Source: Octopus vulgaris
Taxonomy: Eukaryota
Length of the DNA stretch: 64,000 bases
Direction of reading: 5' to 3'
Assembly (NCBI GenBank): GCA_951406725.2
Contig: OX597838.1
Location: 40,300,001 to 40,364,000, forward strand
Shown here: positions 37,950 to 49,957 of the stretch, in pieces
Position numbering within the stretch: position 1 is the first letter of the stretch
How the letters are laid out: each line of letters starts with the position of its first letter
Made by a program: the position numbers and the translations under genes
Notes under the pieces: model-generated
What the model saw: only the letters and a program-made list of their open reading frames with translations
What the model was told of the DNA's origin: nothing
Databases searched by the model: none

Positions 37950-38760
37950 GATATGCAAAATAACGATTCGATGGGTTATTTCTGGAAGAAAGAGTAACTT
38001 AAACTATTGTTATCTAAATATAAAATATGTATAGTGTTAACTTCATAAAAAGGTGTTCATAAGTAATTATATCACATTTAAGGTAAAATTCAATAATAGT
38101 AGTAGGGATAGGGGTTGGGGGTGCAACTGTAGTAGTGAGAGAGATAATAAACTCATTTCAATTTGGAAAATACATATTTTCCAGCGTGAACACAAGAGTA
38201 CTCTTCTCATCTCTAAGGTTAAGTAGGGTATTTTTTTTATTATAGACTTTATAAAATGGTGCAGAAACAATAATATCTCATTTAAGATCAAAATATCATT
38301 ATCTTTTAATTGCCAGATAAATTTACTTAATCCAGTAGAATTAGATTTCTGTCTATACCTAAAAGTATACAAGTGATTCGTGACGTGTTTTTTAATCGCA
38401 TTCTGTAATTTTCTTTTCTATATACACCAAGCTGTAGTATTCGTTTCGAGAAGGTGTACAAAGCATGGAAGTGTATCATAGCAGACGAAAAGAGTTTTTT
38501 AGCTGTGATAGAATTTCGAAATCCGGATTTCCGCATCTTTGTGGCTCATCAGTTGTAGTCTATTACCAACCGAATGCTTAGACAAATTTCTAAAACAGAC
38601 AAATCTCTGTATCATTAGAAGCTACATTGCCAATGCATGCAGTTGATAGTAGATACTTGCAACTGATGACGTTTAAACGCACAGAAATCCAGATTTAACA
38701 ATTCCATCCCCGTTGCTGGAATCTTTTTATCTGCTACTGAAATTTGTCTGTGCTTTTAAC
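37950..38760 (-). mobile_element. Decayed PLE GIY-YIG remnant
   Basis: YTFRYRQKSNSTGLSKFIWQLKD resembles LSSKIWELK in the 44-kb element. Degenerate HHR on the opposite strand at 38663-38696. Confidence 0.5.
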
Positions 38761-39170
38761 ACTAAATATCTATACGAGACGCTTTCTCAAGATGAATACT
38801 GCAGTTCTGTGGCTCTCTGCAGAAAATATACAGAATGCTCTTCTGAACCGAAACAATTTCCGATGCTAATATCGGACACACACACATACACTCACACACA
38901 TCTACATACATGCATACATACATATATATATATGTGTGTGAATACAGTGATTCCTACAACCATATGTAAATATGTGTGTGTGAGTATGGACGAAGTATAG
39001 TGTGGGTGAAATTAGAAAACATTTATTAGATAAACAACTGTATAATTTGTATATACATATACATAACATTATCTATCTAGCTTCATTGATATACTATAAT
39101 CATATATGCACATGTATTCTTATATATATGTATATGTAAAAAAACACAAACTGGGACAAGAACGCAAAAC

Positions 39171-39236
<66 letters not shown>

Positions 39237-40399
39237 CTATTTCAGAAATCCAGAGATCAATTCAAAAGTATAATATATTTCTATTGGAAATAATGTCAAA
39301 ATCCAGTTCGAAAGCGCACTGAATAAAGGAGCTGGAGGAAATATCTTCTTGGGGTTAAAACAGCAGAGTCGCCGTATCTTAAAGAACACCCAGGTTAAAA
39401 TGGCGATAAACACTACCTCTAAAATTGTTTGAGAAATGAAGCAAGTATATAATTTTGTTCGCTGCCCTAACCCCATAAAAACTCTTTCTTTTGAGATCTA
39501 ACAAACGTATTTCATTTGTGCAGCCAAAGAAGAAACCTCCTTTAAAAAAATTGTTGAATGACGAACAAAGTTTAAAAAAAGTAAATTCCCCTTTCTGAAC
39601 TCCACTTTCGTTGTTCTATGTATTTGATGTCGCTGGGTTGTCGTCGATCCACATCAAATTAATGGTTGATTGACCACAAGTGATGGCCGATTGACCATGA
39701 ATAAGACATATGAAAATATAATCACTGTAATTAGAGAGAATATACTGTAGGTGGTCGTTACAGTTCTGTTGCCAGGATGTTTTATTTCAGCCATTTACAT
39801 CACTCCCCGACGACAACTAAACACGCAAGTTTTGCTCGCCAGAGAAAGAGAATTTTATACAATGATCACAAATCTTTATTCAATATTCTGTTTGATATTT
39901 AATGTTTAAAAAAAAAAGTTGTTATTCTTTATGTTGCCATTGGTAACAAGTTAAACGCCGTCGTTTTTCTAAGATTATTTTCTCTCTTATTCAACTTGAC
40001 TTCTAACACCCCTTTCTTCATTTCTCTGAGAGAATAAAGAAGGTCACACACAGACACATCAAAGCATGGCTACGTTTATTCATTTCTTAAATCTCTTTTG
40101 AACTTTCGAAATATTAACTCAAATCACTGAAAAAAGTTGTTTTTTTCTCAAAAACAAAAAATGTCTTTAAAGAGAAATAATTAATTATAAATTATGACAG
40201 TCCAACGTCGAAATGATCTAAATTGCAAACTTTGAACATGAAATATATTAGACATTTTCCAATTAATTTATATAAAGAAAACAAGCTCAACTGAATTTGC
40301 TGAGTTAATAAGTTATTTTGTTACTCATACTTGTGATTTAGATTATAAAATAGTTTTTAATGTTAAAGTTTATGATGGTTTAAATAATCTACAGTCAGA

Positions 40400-40956
40400 A
40401 CATAAATGCTCCGAAAGACACAAAATCCCTTTTTCATTTTAAAATGTTTGCGAATGTTTACAACTCGATGCCCGTCAAAAAACAGCATCAGAAATAACTT
40501 AAAAGAAAATGCTGCGAAGATTGATGTATTTATTGATTAGGCCACCAGGAATTATCCTGATGTGTCATTTTTGATCAGAAGAATCCAATAATCATGGAAA
40601 GTATAAAGAACTTTAATATTTAATAAGTAAATATGATGGAAAATTGGCAAGGTATCTAAATATAACTTCTATTTTATCAGATCCCTCAAACAGAATTCAA
40701 AATGGCTTGATTGATGCAGTCCAGAAGGTAATGTTGAATGAAATAGAAAAATGAATTTAATCAAGCAAACTTTGTTATTATTCTTACGTATCGGACTTGT
40801 CATAACTGTCAACTGCGGCTCAATAGAGATTTATCAGTTTTAACTATATTAGTACAGACCTTTCAGCAAATGAGTTATCTGAATATAATTTTAGGAATCT
40901 AGAAAGTATGAACATTAATTGCACAAAACTATGATGGTGCCGCTACAATGGCAGAA
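40400..40956 (+). mobile_element. Decayed hAT (ZMYM1/DUF4371-like) transposase fragment
   Basis: SEESNNHGKYKEL...SNRIQNGLIDAV...LIAQNYDGAATMA. Confidence 0.75.
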
Positions 40957-41107
40957 CAACCCTTTTGATCCCAACTTGCTTGTCATTTGCCTGACCTTAA
41001 CCGGGTGAGCATATCCTTTAGTGGCTGACGGCATGTGCATTCCTGATCACGCGCAGAAGTAATGGGGAAGCCTCATAGCCATGTGTTGAAAGACATTCTT
41101 TTTTTTT

Positions 41108-42676
41108 ACATGGCAGAGAAGGAACTTAAAAAGAAAAACTCTGTCTTAGGGTAGGAAATTAACCCCCTAAGCAGTGGTTAAAAGATAAGGAGGAGAAGAC
41201 GATGGTACTTAGAACTTATTCTAAAGTTCTTAATTCCATCACCGTCTTCCCAAAACAAGTCATAAAAAAATTAACTTAAAGAATATTTGTCCTCTTTAAA
41301 ATATATATCCCGTGGTGTCAAACATGCAACCGTATGGTTTCTGTTTGACAATGGGGAAAAGGCTCACTAGTTTGCGAGTCAGCCTTTAGAAGGCAAGGAA
41401 ATTCTGTTCCTTCCGTCATATTGTGGAAGAAAATTAATACGAGCCTGAGTATGTGGGTTACCCCCAGGCACCGAAGCGGATTGGATTAAAGATGCCATCC
41501 GACGGGGACTGGGGGGGGGGGATGGCAGGCCCAGGCTCTTAAATGTAAGGGTATTGCCGGCGGTCGATTGGCAAGGGTCAAAAGCGATTTTGACCCTGTG
41601 GATCCCATCGGCCGCAACAGATCTGGTTTTTCCAGATTTCTTGAAAATGGCTGGCTGCAGGTATACGGAGATACTTGAGGGACGTCCCCCCAAGTGTCAC
41701 TCGTGCCTGCAGCCAGGCCACATTAAAAGGAGCTGCCCTCAGGACCATGGTAAGGTCCTGGAACAGTCACTAGATGCCACTTCCCCTACCCGGTCGAAGG
41801 GAGAGATGGATGTGGTCGAGGTGGTTTCAACCTCCTCAACTCAAAAAGGATTAAAAAGGAAGGCGGGCAACAAAAGTTGCCCGCCGAATGAACCTAAGGC
41901 TTCGGGAGGCGGGGGAGAGTCTCCGGACAAAGCGGAAGAGTTCCACTCTCTCGAAGTCAGGAAGAAAAGAAATAAAAAGAAGGAAGAAGAACACACCAGC
42001 GGGGAGATGATGTGCCGTCTGCATGTCCCGAAGTTGTGCCACCCACGGTGGAAGAAACCACCCCACCCTTAAAGATGATCAATTAATTATCTTTTTCTAT
42101 AAGGGCTGAGAGGTGGAAAAAACAGTAGAAGAACATAAAGAGACAGTAGATATGTCCTTCACACGGGATCCCGAATGTCCTCCGCAGATAGCTGTGGAGG
42201 TCATAAGGTTTCCCTTGTGGGACAGGCTTAAAGGATTTGGGGAGGAGTGTCGCGTATGGCCGGGTGACCCTTACACGACTTACATGTCCTACATGACTGA
42301 GACATGGGAAATGGCGGGGTACAGGAACTCAAGCGGCATTGAAGATAATGATGAATATATCGATGGATATATCGAAGAGTAGGAGGGAAAAGACCCTCGT
42401 TATAGAGTTTGAAACCTCATATTATTGTATTATTTATAGTGGTTTATAACCTCAATTGTGTGTTTTTTTTTAAAAAAAACATGTTAAATAAGAGGTTTTA
42501 GTGCCTCCTTGTAAGAGGTTTGAAATCTCATATTGATTTTTAAAAAAAGAAAATATGTTTCCGAGAAAAATCCAATCGGTGGGTGTTGGGTCTCGTCTCT
42601 CATTTATTCATTTTATTTCATTTTCATTCCTTAATGAGTTTGTCCAGCCCGCAAAGCTACCCAATCTTTGTACTGT
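41108..42676 (+). mobile_element. Tx1/L1-clade ORF1 remnant with a CCHC knuckle and no ORF2
   Basis: GRPPKCHSCLQPGHIKRSCP (CX2CX4HX4C) in ORF 41554..42072. Stops and frameshifts. Confidence 0.7.
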
Positions 42677-42700
42677 CTATATGACAAATTTTATAAAATA

Positions 42701-43139
42701 AAGTAGCTTGCTTACGAACCACATGGTTCCGGGTTCATTCCCACTACGTGACACCTTGGTCAAGTGTCTTCTACTATAGCCTCGGGCCGACCAAAGCCTT
42801 GTGAGTGGATTTGGTAGATGGAAACTGAAAGAAGCCCGTCGTATATATATAGATAGATAGATATGTGTTAGTGTGTGTGCGTGTGTGTGTGTATGTGTGT
42901 GTGTGTGTATGTATGTGTGTGTGTGTTTGTGTGTCTGTGTTTGCCCCCTTAGCATTGCTTGACAACCGATGCTGGTGTGTTTACGTCCTCGTAACTTAAT
43001 GGTTCTGCAAAAGAGCGACCGATAGAATAAGTACTAGGCTTACAAAGAATAAGTCCTGGGGTCGATTTGCTCGACTAAAGGCGGTGCTCCAGCATGGCCA
43101 GAGTCAAATGACTGAAACAAGTAAAAGAGTAAAAGAGTA
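42701..43139 (+). mobile_element. SINE family C, slightly 5'-truncated
   Basis: Matches 20331-20738. Confidence 0.9.
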
Positions 43140-43630
43140 ATTATATTTATACAATATTATACACAGAAAATGTAAATATCAAACCAGTCTTCTCGTTTAA
43201 TACAGCATTAGACTGTGTTCTGCTTAGTCTAAATATGTAAACAGACAATAAATGGTCGCTAAGAATATCGAAATATCTGCTTTAATACATTTATAGGAAA
43301 TCTATTGGGAAACGAAACGAAATGTCTACATGGTGCCCCAGTATGGGCACAGCTCGTGAGCTGAAACTAGAATCAATCATGCCCTCACACAAATACACAC
43401 AAACTTATTTTACTGTCTAAAAAGAATCTCCGAAGAAACATATCAAAATATAATTATAGACAAAGGAATAAGTACTCAACGTTAAAAGAAACGCTGGTAT
43501 AGCAATTTTCCAAAATAGTCTACAGAGAATACACTCTTTAAATAGAACCAGCGCCACAGACCCGTCACCAAAGACGCCTGCAAGTTTAGGATTTACACTT
43601 GTATATTATATGTGTTTGTTGAGTGTGTGT

Positions 43631-43683
<53 letters not shown>

Positions 43684-43914
43684 TATACATATACATATAC
43701 ATATAAATTTGGGATTCATACTATTTAGAATTCCAACTATTTAGATTCATACAGTTTAATTTTAGAAAAAAGAATTCAATTTTAAGTTTGCAGTGAAGTT
43801 TTTTTTTAGTCATCTATGAATGTTAAATTGAAAGCTAGTATGGTATATTCCTTCTTATTTGGTTATAAAGAATTAAAATTTGAAAAGTATAGGAATATTC
43901 ACAAAATTATTATT

Positions 43915-44548
43915 TAAAGTATTTAAACGTTCGGATTGTACGATGTATACAAGATTCTCCCAGCTCCAAACGGTTATTTAACAGATTTGTATTACTCTGA
44001 TGTTTCAAAATTTCATGAGTTTCCATAGAAAAAAGTTGACTATTTCTATAAGGTTGCGCCCTTCTTATTATATCCCATTTTAGGTTGAATTCTATATTAT
44101 TTGTTTTTAGTTCCCAAATTTTGCTAGATAATGTTGTGCAACCTGCCTTATGTTTGAGCCTAAAAGAGGAAAATGATTGTTAAGACGTTTTTTAAAATCT
44201 ACCGAACAACCGAAATAAAGAAAGCTATTGTTAGAAGCTATTATCGTGCATTTATAAATCACGTTGTGGACGGAACAACGACCAGATACCGGACATTTTG
44301 ATCTAATCCTACAATTACAACTGGGGAGATAGTGTCCGGTACTGGAATTATTTAAGGACGGTTCACTTTCATTACTGTTATTTAAATTATAATTAGTATT
44401 AGTATTATTTTCATTATTAGTAATTACGTTGTTATGCAAATTAGGGTTACTAGTTATTAATCCATCCTCATTATCATCATCTACCATACTTTTATCTATA
44501 CTACCTATATAATTGATATTGCTATTATCACTATTTATATCAATGTTG

Positions 44549-44636
<88 letters not shown>

Positions 44637-44674
44637 CATCATTATTAATATTATTTTTATTATTACCATTATTA

Positions 44675-44733
<59 letters not shown>

Positions 44734-45454
44734 GCTCTTTTTACAATTATTATTACTATCATTGTTGTTACTATTCATTCTACTCCTGGCTAACTTAATG
44801 TTTTTACTATTAAGTCTAGCTTGGGAGAGTGGAATATGAAATTCTCACTGATCTCTTAGAACTTATTTTATGATATTTATGGGAGGGTGGGAAATTTTTT
44901 TCCAGTATAGACCTAAATCTACTGTACACATTCGTCGAGATCGTACATTTAAAGGGGATATTTAGCCAAATGACATTTTCTATTTTATATTTTTTGTTTA
45001 AGTAAGAGTGGGAAGGATTAGTGCAATCAGTATTCATACGAGAATTATTATTCCTTTTCGTATTATTTTGATGCCTGTTGGGTTTATCTAGGTTAGCATT
45101 TTCATATTTATTTATGATCTGTTTACTATTTCTATTCTTATAATTAGGTTTATACACTAGGTTCTTTTCCTCTGTTGATTTATGTTTATGTAGGGTATGA
45201 GAGTCTATATTATTTAAGTCATTTACATTCACTACATTATTTAGGAGATTTAAGCTATCAATATCTAGGAAGGTGATTTCCTGGTCATATCCAGCACTTG
45301 ACATTGACCTAGTTCTCCTAACGCTGAATCTGTTCATCAAATAGTAGTATTTGATTATAATCACCCCGTGGATTTTGATGGATAGCACCATACAGAATTC
45401 TGGTGCATCTAAATTAAGTACCATATTAATTTGAATCTAAATTTTTGCTGAACT

Positions 45455-45455
<1 letters not shown>
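43915..45455 (-). mobile_element. RT-less PLE derivative: thumb, poly-Asn, Cys linker and GIY-YIG (two frameshifts)
   Basis: ITFLDI...VIWLNIPF...FPPSHKYHKI..SVRISYS; CNCR..CPVSGRC..NVIYKC..YFG..FKKRLNNH; LSSKIWELK..KWDII. Confidence 0.8.
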
Positions 45456-45485
<30 letters not shown>

Positions 45486-45773
45486 GCGTGAATTATTTTT
45501 GAGTATACATTGTCTGGGAGACTTTTCTTATAGTAGAAGAAATAGCTAAAATTTTTTGGCTGCTATTTCTAAAAGTTCGTTGTGTGGTAAAGTAAATTAT
45601 TTTACTGAACCCTAATTATATAACGTAATGTTTTAAATATACGGTAAATGGTCTTTTTACATACTGAACACTACTTGGTAAAATTGATAATTAATAATTA
45701 ATTAATTTTACCCTTTTATTATTGACTGTACTCCACCTGCCTTCGTCTTTTGTTTATTTTCGTAAGCTTCCCG

Positions 45774-45814
<41 letters not shown>

Positions 45815-45827
<13 letters not shown>

Positions 45828-47100
45828 AAATGAAGAAAATGCTGACAAATAATTGAAGTAATTTAAGTAATTTAATTAGGTGAAAGTTCTTTTTACCGGT
45901 TGCGCATTTGTTATGCTTATCAAAATATAAAAGAGAGATTAGAGTCTGTCTCTTATATGTGAAAAAAGAGGCTCAGAGTTGTTTGGGATTTGCTTGGTTT
46001 CGCGCCTAAAATTTTGATTGGTCATTATGAAGGGGTCACGTGAATGTTTGAATGGAAGTTGGTGTTGGGGTAAGAAAAAAGGCTCCAGAGAAGTTAAAAT
46101 TTGGCTAGTGTCCCGCCTAAAATTTCTTATTGGCCATAATAAAGAGGTCACGTGAATGCTTAGAATTTTCGAAAATAGTGTTGTTGAAAATTCTTATTGT
46201 TCAGGCTGGTCAGTAGACGTCATGTGGATATTTTAAATAGCTTTTTAGCGCGTAGTTAGGGAGTGTATTTTCCGCTTGACTGGATAAGTAAGTTCGTTTA
46301 GAACAGGGAGAGCTGTATGTATGTATCTGTGTGCGCGCGCGCGCGTGTGTGTGTTTATATGTATGTTGGGGCGCGCGCGCGTGTATATATGTGTGTGTGT
46401 GTGGGTAAAATTTTCAATATTTATAGTTCTGCTATACTATAAAGTTCTGCTATACTATAGTTCTGCTATACTATAAAGTTCTGCAGAACTATAAATATTG
46501 AAAATTTTACCCACACACACACACATATATACACGCGCGCGCGCCCCAACATACATATAAACACACACACGCGCGCGCGCGCACACAGATACATACATAC
46601 AGCTCTCCCTGTTCTAAACGAACTTACTTATCCAGTCAAGCGGAAAATACACTCCCTAACTACGCGCTAAAAAGCTATTTAAAATATCCACATGACGTCT
46701 ACTGACCAGCCTGAACAATAAGAATTTTCAACAACACTATTTTCGAAAATTCTAAGCATTCACGTGACCTCTTTATTATGGCCAATAAGAAATTTTAGGC
46801 GGGACACTAGCCAAATTTTAACTTCTCTGGAGCCTTTTTCTTACCCCAACACCAACTTCCATTCAAACATTCACGTGACCCCTTCATAATGACCAATCAA
46901 AATTTTAGGCGCGAAACCAAGCAAATCCCAAACAACTCTGGAGCCTCTTTTTTTCACATATAAGAGACAGACTCTAATCTCTCTTTATATTTTGATAAGC
47001 ATAACAAATGCGCAACCGGTAAAAAGAACTTTCACCTAATTAAATTACTTAAATTACTTCAATTATTTGTCAGCATTTTCTTCATTTCCTTTTTATATAT
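45815..47100. repeat. 1.29-kb near-perfect palindrome (arms 45815-46432 and 46483-47100)
   Basis: Arms are reverse complements. The 50-bp spacer is made of TATACTATA(AA)GTTCTGC repeats. Confidence 0.95.
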
Positions 47101-47129
47101 CACCACTCGTGTTCGACATCTCCTTTTTT

Positions 47130-47175
<46 letters not shown>

Positions 47176-47212
47176 CATATACATACATACACGTATGTAT
47201 GTATATTTATAT

Positions 47213-47817
47213 ATATCACCTTGATCACCTTGACCGACCAGTCCGTCGGGCATCCATTTGACACCGTTGGTCACAGCACGCTGTCCACTCCTCTCTGGAT
47301 CGCGCCTTTCTCCTCCACGTGATCCCAATCGTCCTCCTGAAATCGTAACTTCACCGTCGTGGACGCCTTCCGGGTGGTCGTTTCCGCTCGCGCGGGTACC
47401 ACTCGACAACTGCGCGGGTCCACCGATTATCGGTGAGCCGGGCAACGTGTTCAGCCCATCTATACTTGCTGCGTGTATACTCTGCGATGACATCTCTCAC
47501 GCCGGACTTCTTACTGATGATCTTGCTACTTATGTGCTCTCTCAGCGAGATACCAAGCATTGACCTTTCCATGGCTCTTTGAGCCGTTACCAGTCTTTGC
47601 TCTTCTCTCTTTGTGGTAGCCCATGTTTCACTACCATACAACATTGCAGGTAGAACTGTACTGTTGATGAGGTTAGCGCGGGTGGTCCTGTCTAACCTTC
47701 CCTTGAGCACATCCCTTATGCCATTAAACGCCTTCCATCCGGCCCTTACTCTCCATGAGATCTCCTTTTCGCTATCTCGGCACATATTCACTTCCTGTCC
47801 CAGGTAGACATATTCCT
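47213..47817 (-). mobile_element. 5'-truncated RTE LINE (second family) inserted in (TA)n
   Basis: EYVYLGQ...VLPAMLYGSETW...RWAEHVAR..DNRWT...KRPPGRRPRR. Confidence 0.9.
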
Positions 47818-47827
47818 ATCACCAAAA

Positions 47828-47865
<38 letters not shown>

Positions 47866-48323
47866 GTGTGTGTGTTATGTATAATTGTGTATGTGGGAGT
47901 GTACGGGAAGTAACTTTACGTATCTTTTTCCCTAGATAATAAAGGACTCCCGTTCAGCATGATTGGGAAGTAGTTTTAGGACTTCAATGATATATGAAAT
48001 TGGCTGTGTGTTTCATTCGCTTGCTTCGCAATCACAACGGTTTGGAGTTGGGCCCCAACAACTTAACACCTTCGGCAAATGTTTCCAACTAGAGTCGCTA
48101 GTTGTGCAATACTTTGTAAATATAATTGATGGAAGCTGCGTGTTCGCCAAAACTCTTCAATGTGGTGCTACAGCATGGCCACAAACGGACGATTGAAACA
48201 AATACGAACGTTTATTTATTGAACAGTCTTGCTACTTTGTATCTTTTTATGTGTGTGTGTGAGTGTGTGTATGCGTGTATGCGTGTGTGTGTGTGTGTGT
48301 GTGTGTGAGTGTGTGTATGCGTG

Positions 48324-48370
<47 letters not shown>

Positions 48371-48552
48371 GTTTGAGTGTGTGTGTGTGTGCGTGTGTGT
48401 GTGAGAGTGTGTATGCGTGTGTGTGTGTGTGTGCGTGTGTGTGTGTGAGTGTGTGTATGCGTGTGTGTGCGTGTGTGTGTGTGCGTGTGTGTGTGTGAGT
48501 GTGTGTATGCGTGTGTGTGCGTGTGTGAGTGTGTGTATGCGTGTGTGTGTGT

Positions 48553-48612
<60 letters not shown>

Positions 48613-48648
48613 CGTTGGCGATTTTCTTCCTCCGTCTTCCCTTCCATT

Positions 48649-48697
48649 GGACTTTCCTCTATTTCTGAAGAAGAGTTTTGCTCGAAATGTTAAGTCC
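48649..48697 (+). ncRNA. Minimal type I hammerhead-like motif, copy 1
   Basis: ATTT-CTGAAGA-A-GAG(TTTTG)CTC-GAAA-TG-TT-AAGT, with distal GGACTT/AAGTCC pairing. Confidence 0.55.
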
Positions 48698-48986
48698 TAT
48701 TTCCTTCCTTTCCTGAGCCTATGATAATACAGTATAATTGATGGAAGCTGCGTGTTCGCCAAAACTCTTCAATGTGGTGCTACAGCATGGCCACAAACGG
48801 ACGATTGAAACAAATACGAACGTTTATTTATTGAACAGTCTTGTTACTTTGTATCTTTTTATGTGTGTGTGTGAGTGTGTGTATGCGTGTATGCGTGTGT
48901 GTGTGTGTGTGTGTGTGTGAGTGTGTGTATGCGTGTGTGTGCGTGTGTGTGAGTGTGTGTGTGTGTGCGTGTGTGTGCGTGTGTTT

Positions 48987-49029
<43 letters not shown>

Positions 49030-49032
49030 AGT

Positions 49033-49113
<81 letters not shown>

Positions 49114-49166
49114 TGTGTGTATGCGTGTGTGTGCGTGTGTGAGTGTGTGTATGCGTGTGTGTGTGT

Positions 49167-49222
<56 letters not shown>

Positions 49223-49258
49223 CGTTGGCGATTTTCTTCCTCCGTCTTCCCTTCCATT

Positions 49259-49307
49259 GGACTTTCCTCTATTTCTGAAGAAGAGTTTTGCTCGAAATGT
49301 TAAGTCC
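49259..49307 (+). ncRNA. Minimal type I hammerhead-like motif, copy 2
   Basis: Identical to 48649-48697. Confidence 0.55.
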
Positions 49308-49479
49308 TATTTCCTTCCTTTCCTGAGCCTATGATAATACAGTACTTGCACCAGCTCCTCGCGTTATCGTTCGTTCTTCTTTGTTTGGATTCACTATGTA
49401 TAGATCGGGATAAAATAAATTCGTTATGGTTTTCTTCTCGTCCAGCTACTCATCTTTTTGCTTCTCCCTTTTCTTCTTT

Positions 49480-49535
<56 letters not shown>

Positions 49536-49957
49536 GTACTACTACTACTACTACTACTATTGCGTCCAAGTATATATATGTGTGTGTATCTATATATGTG
49601 TGTATATATATGTCTATATATATATATGTATATATATGTATATATATATATATATATTGTTATATTTTGGAATGGCCATATTGCCAGTTTAGCCAATAAA
49701 AACACACGCACTATATATTTGGTGTTATTTTGCTTCAGTGATATTTATTTTTTACATTAATCTTAATCTTATTTCGGCCAAAGTTCTTTCGTCACACTCC
49801 TGTGACCGCATCAGTGGTCCTTTGTTTTCTTCTCACTTACTTGTGTCTCTCCTTACTAACCGTCAGCCATTTTGTATTTCTATTGTATGTCTTCATTTGC
49901 ACATGCTTATATCTCTATGTGCGTCTATGTTTATTTAGTGTGTGTGTGTGGGGGGGG

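Larger units (their letters stand above)
48121..49344 (+). repeat. Tandem duplication of a ~612-bp unit (SINE C tail, (GT)n, pLTR with HHR motif)
   Basis: Units start TATAATTGATGGAAGC at 48121 and 48733. Confidence 0.9.
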
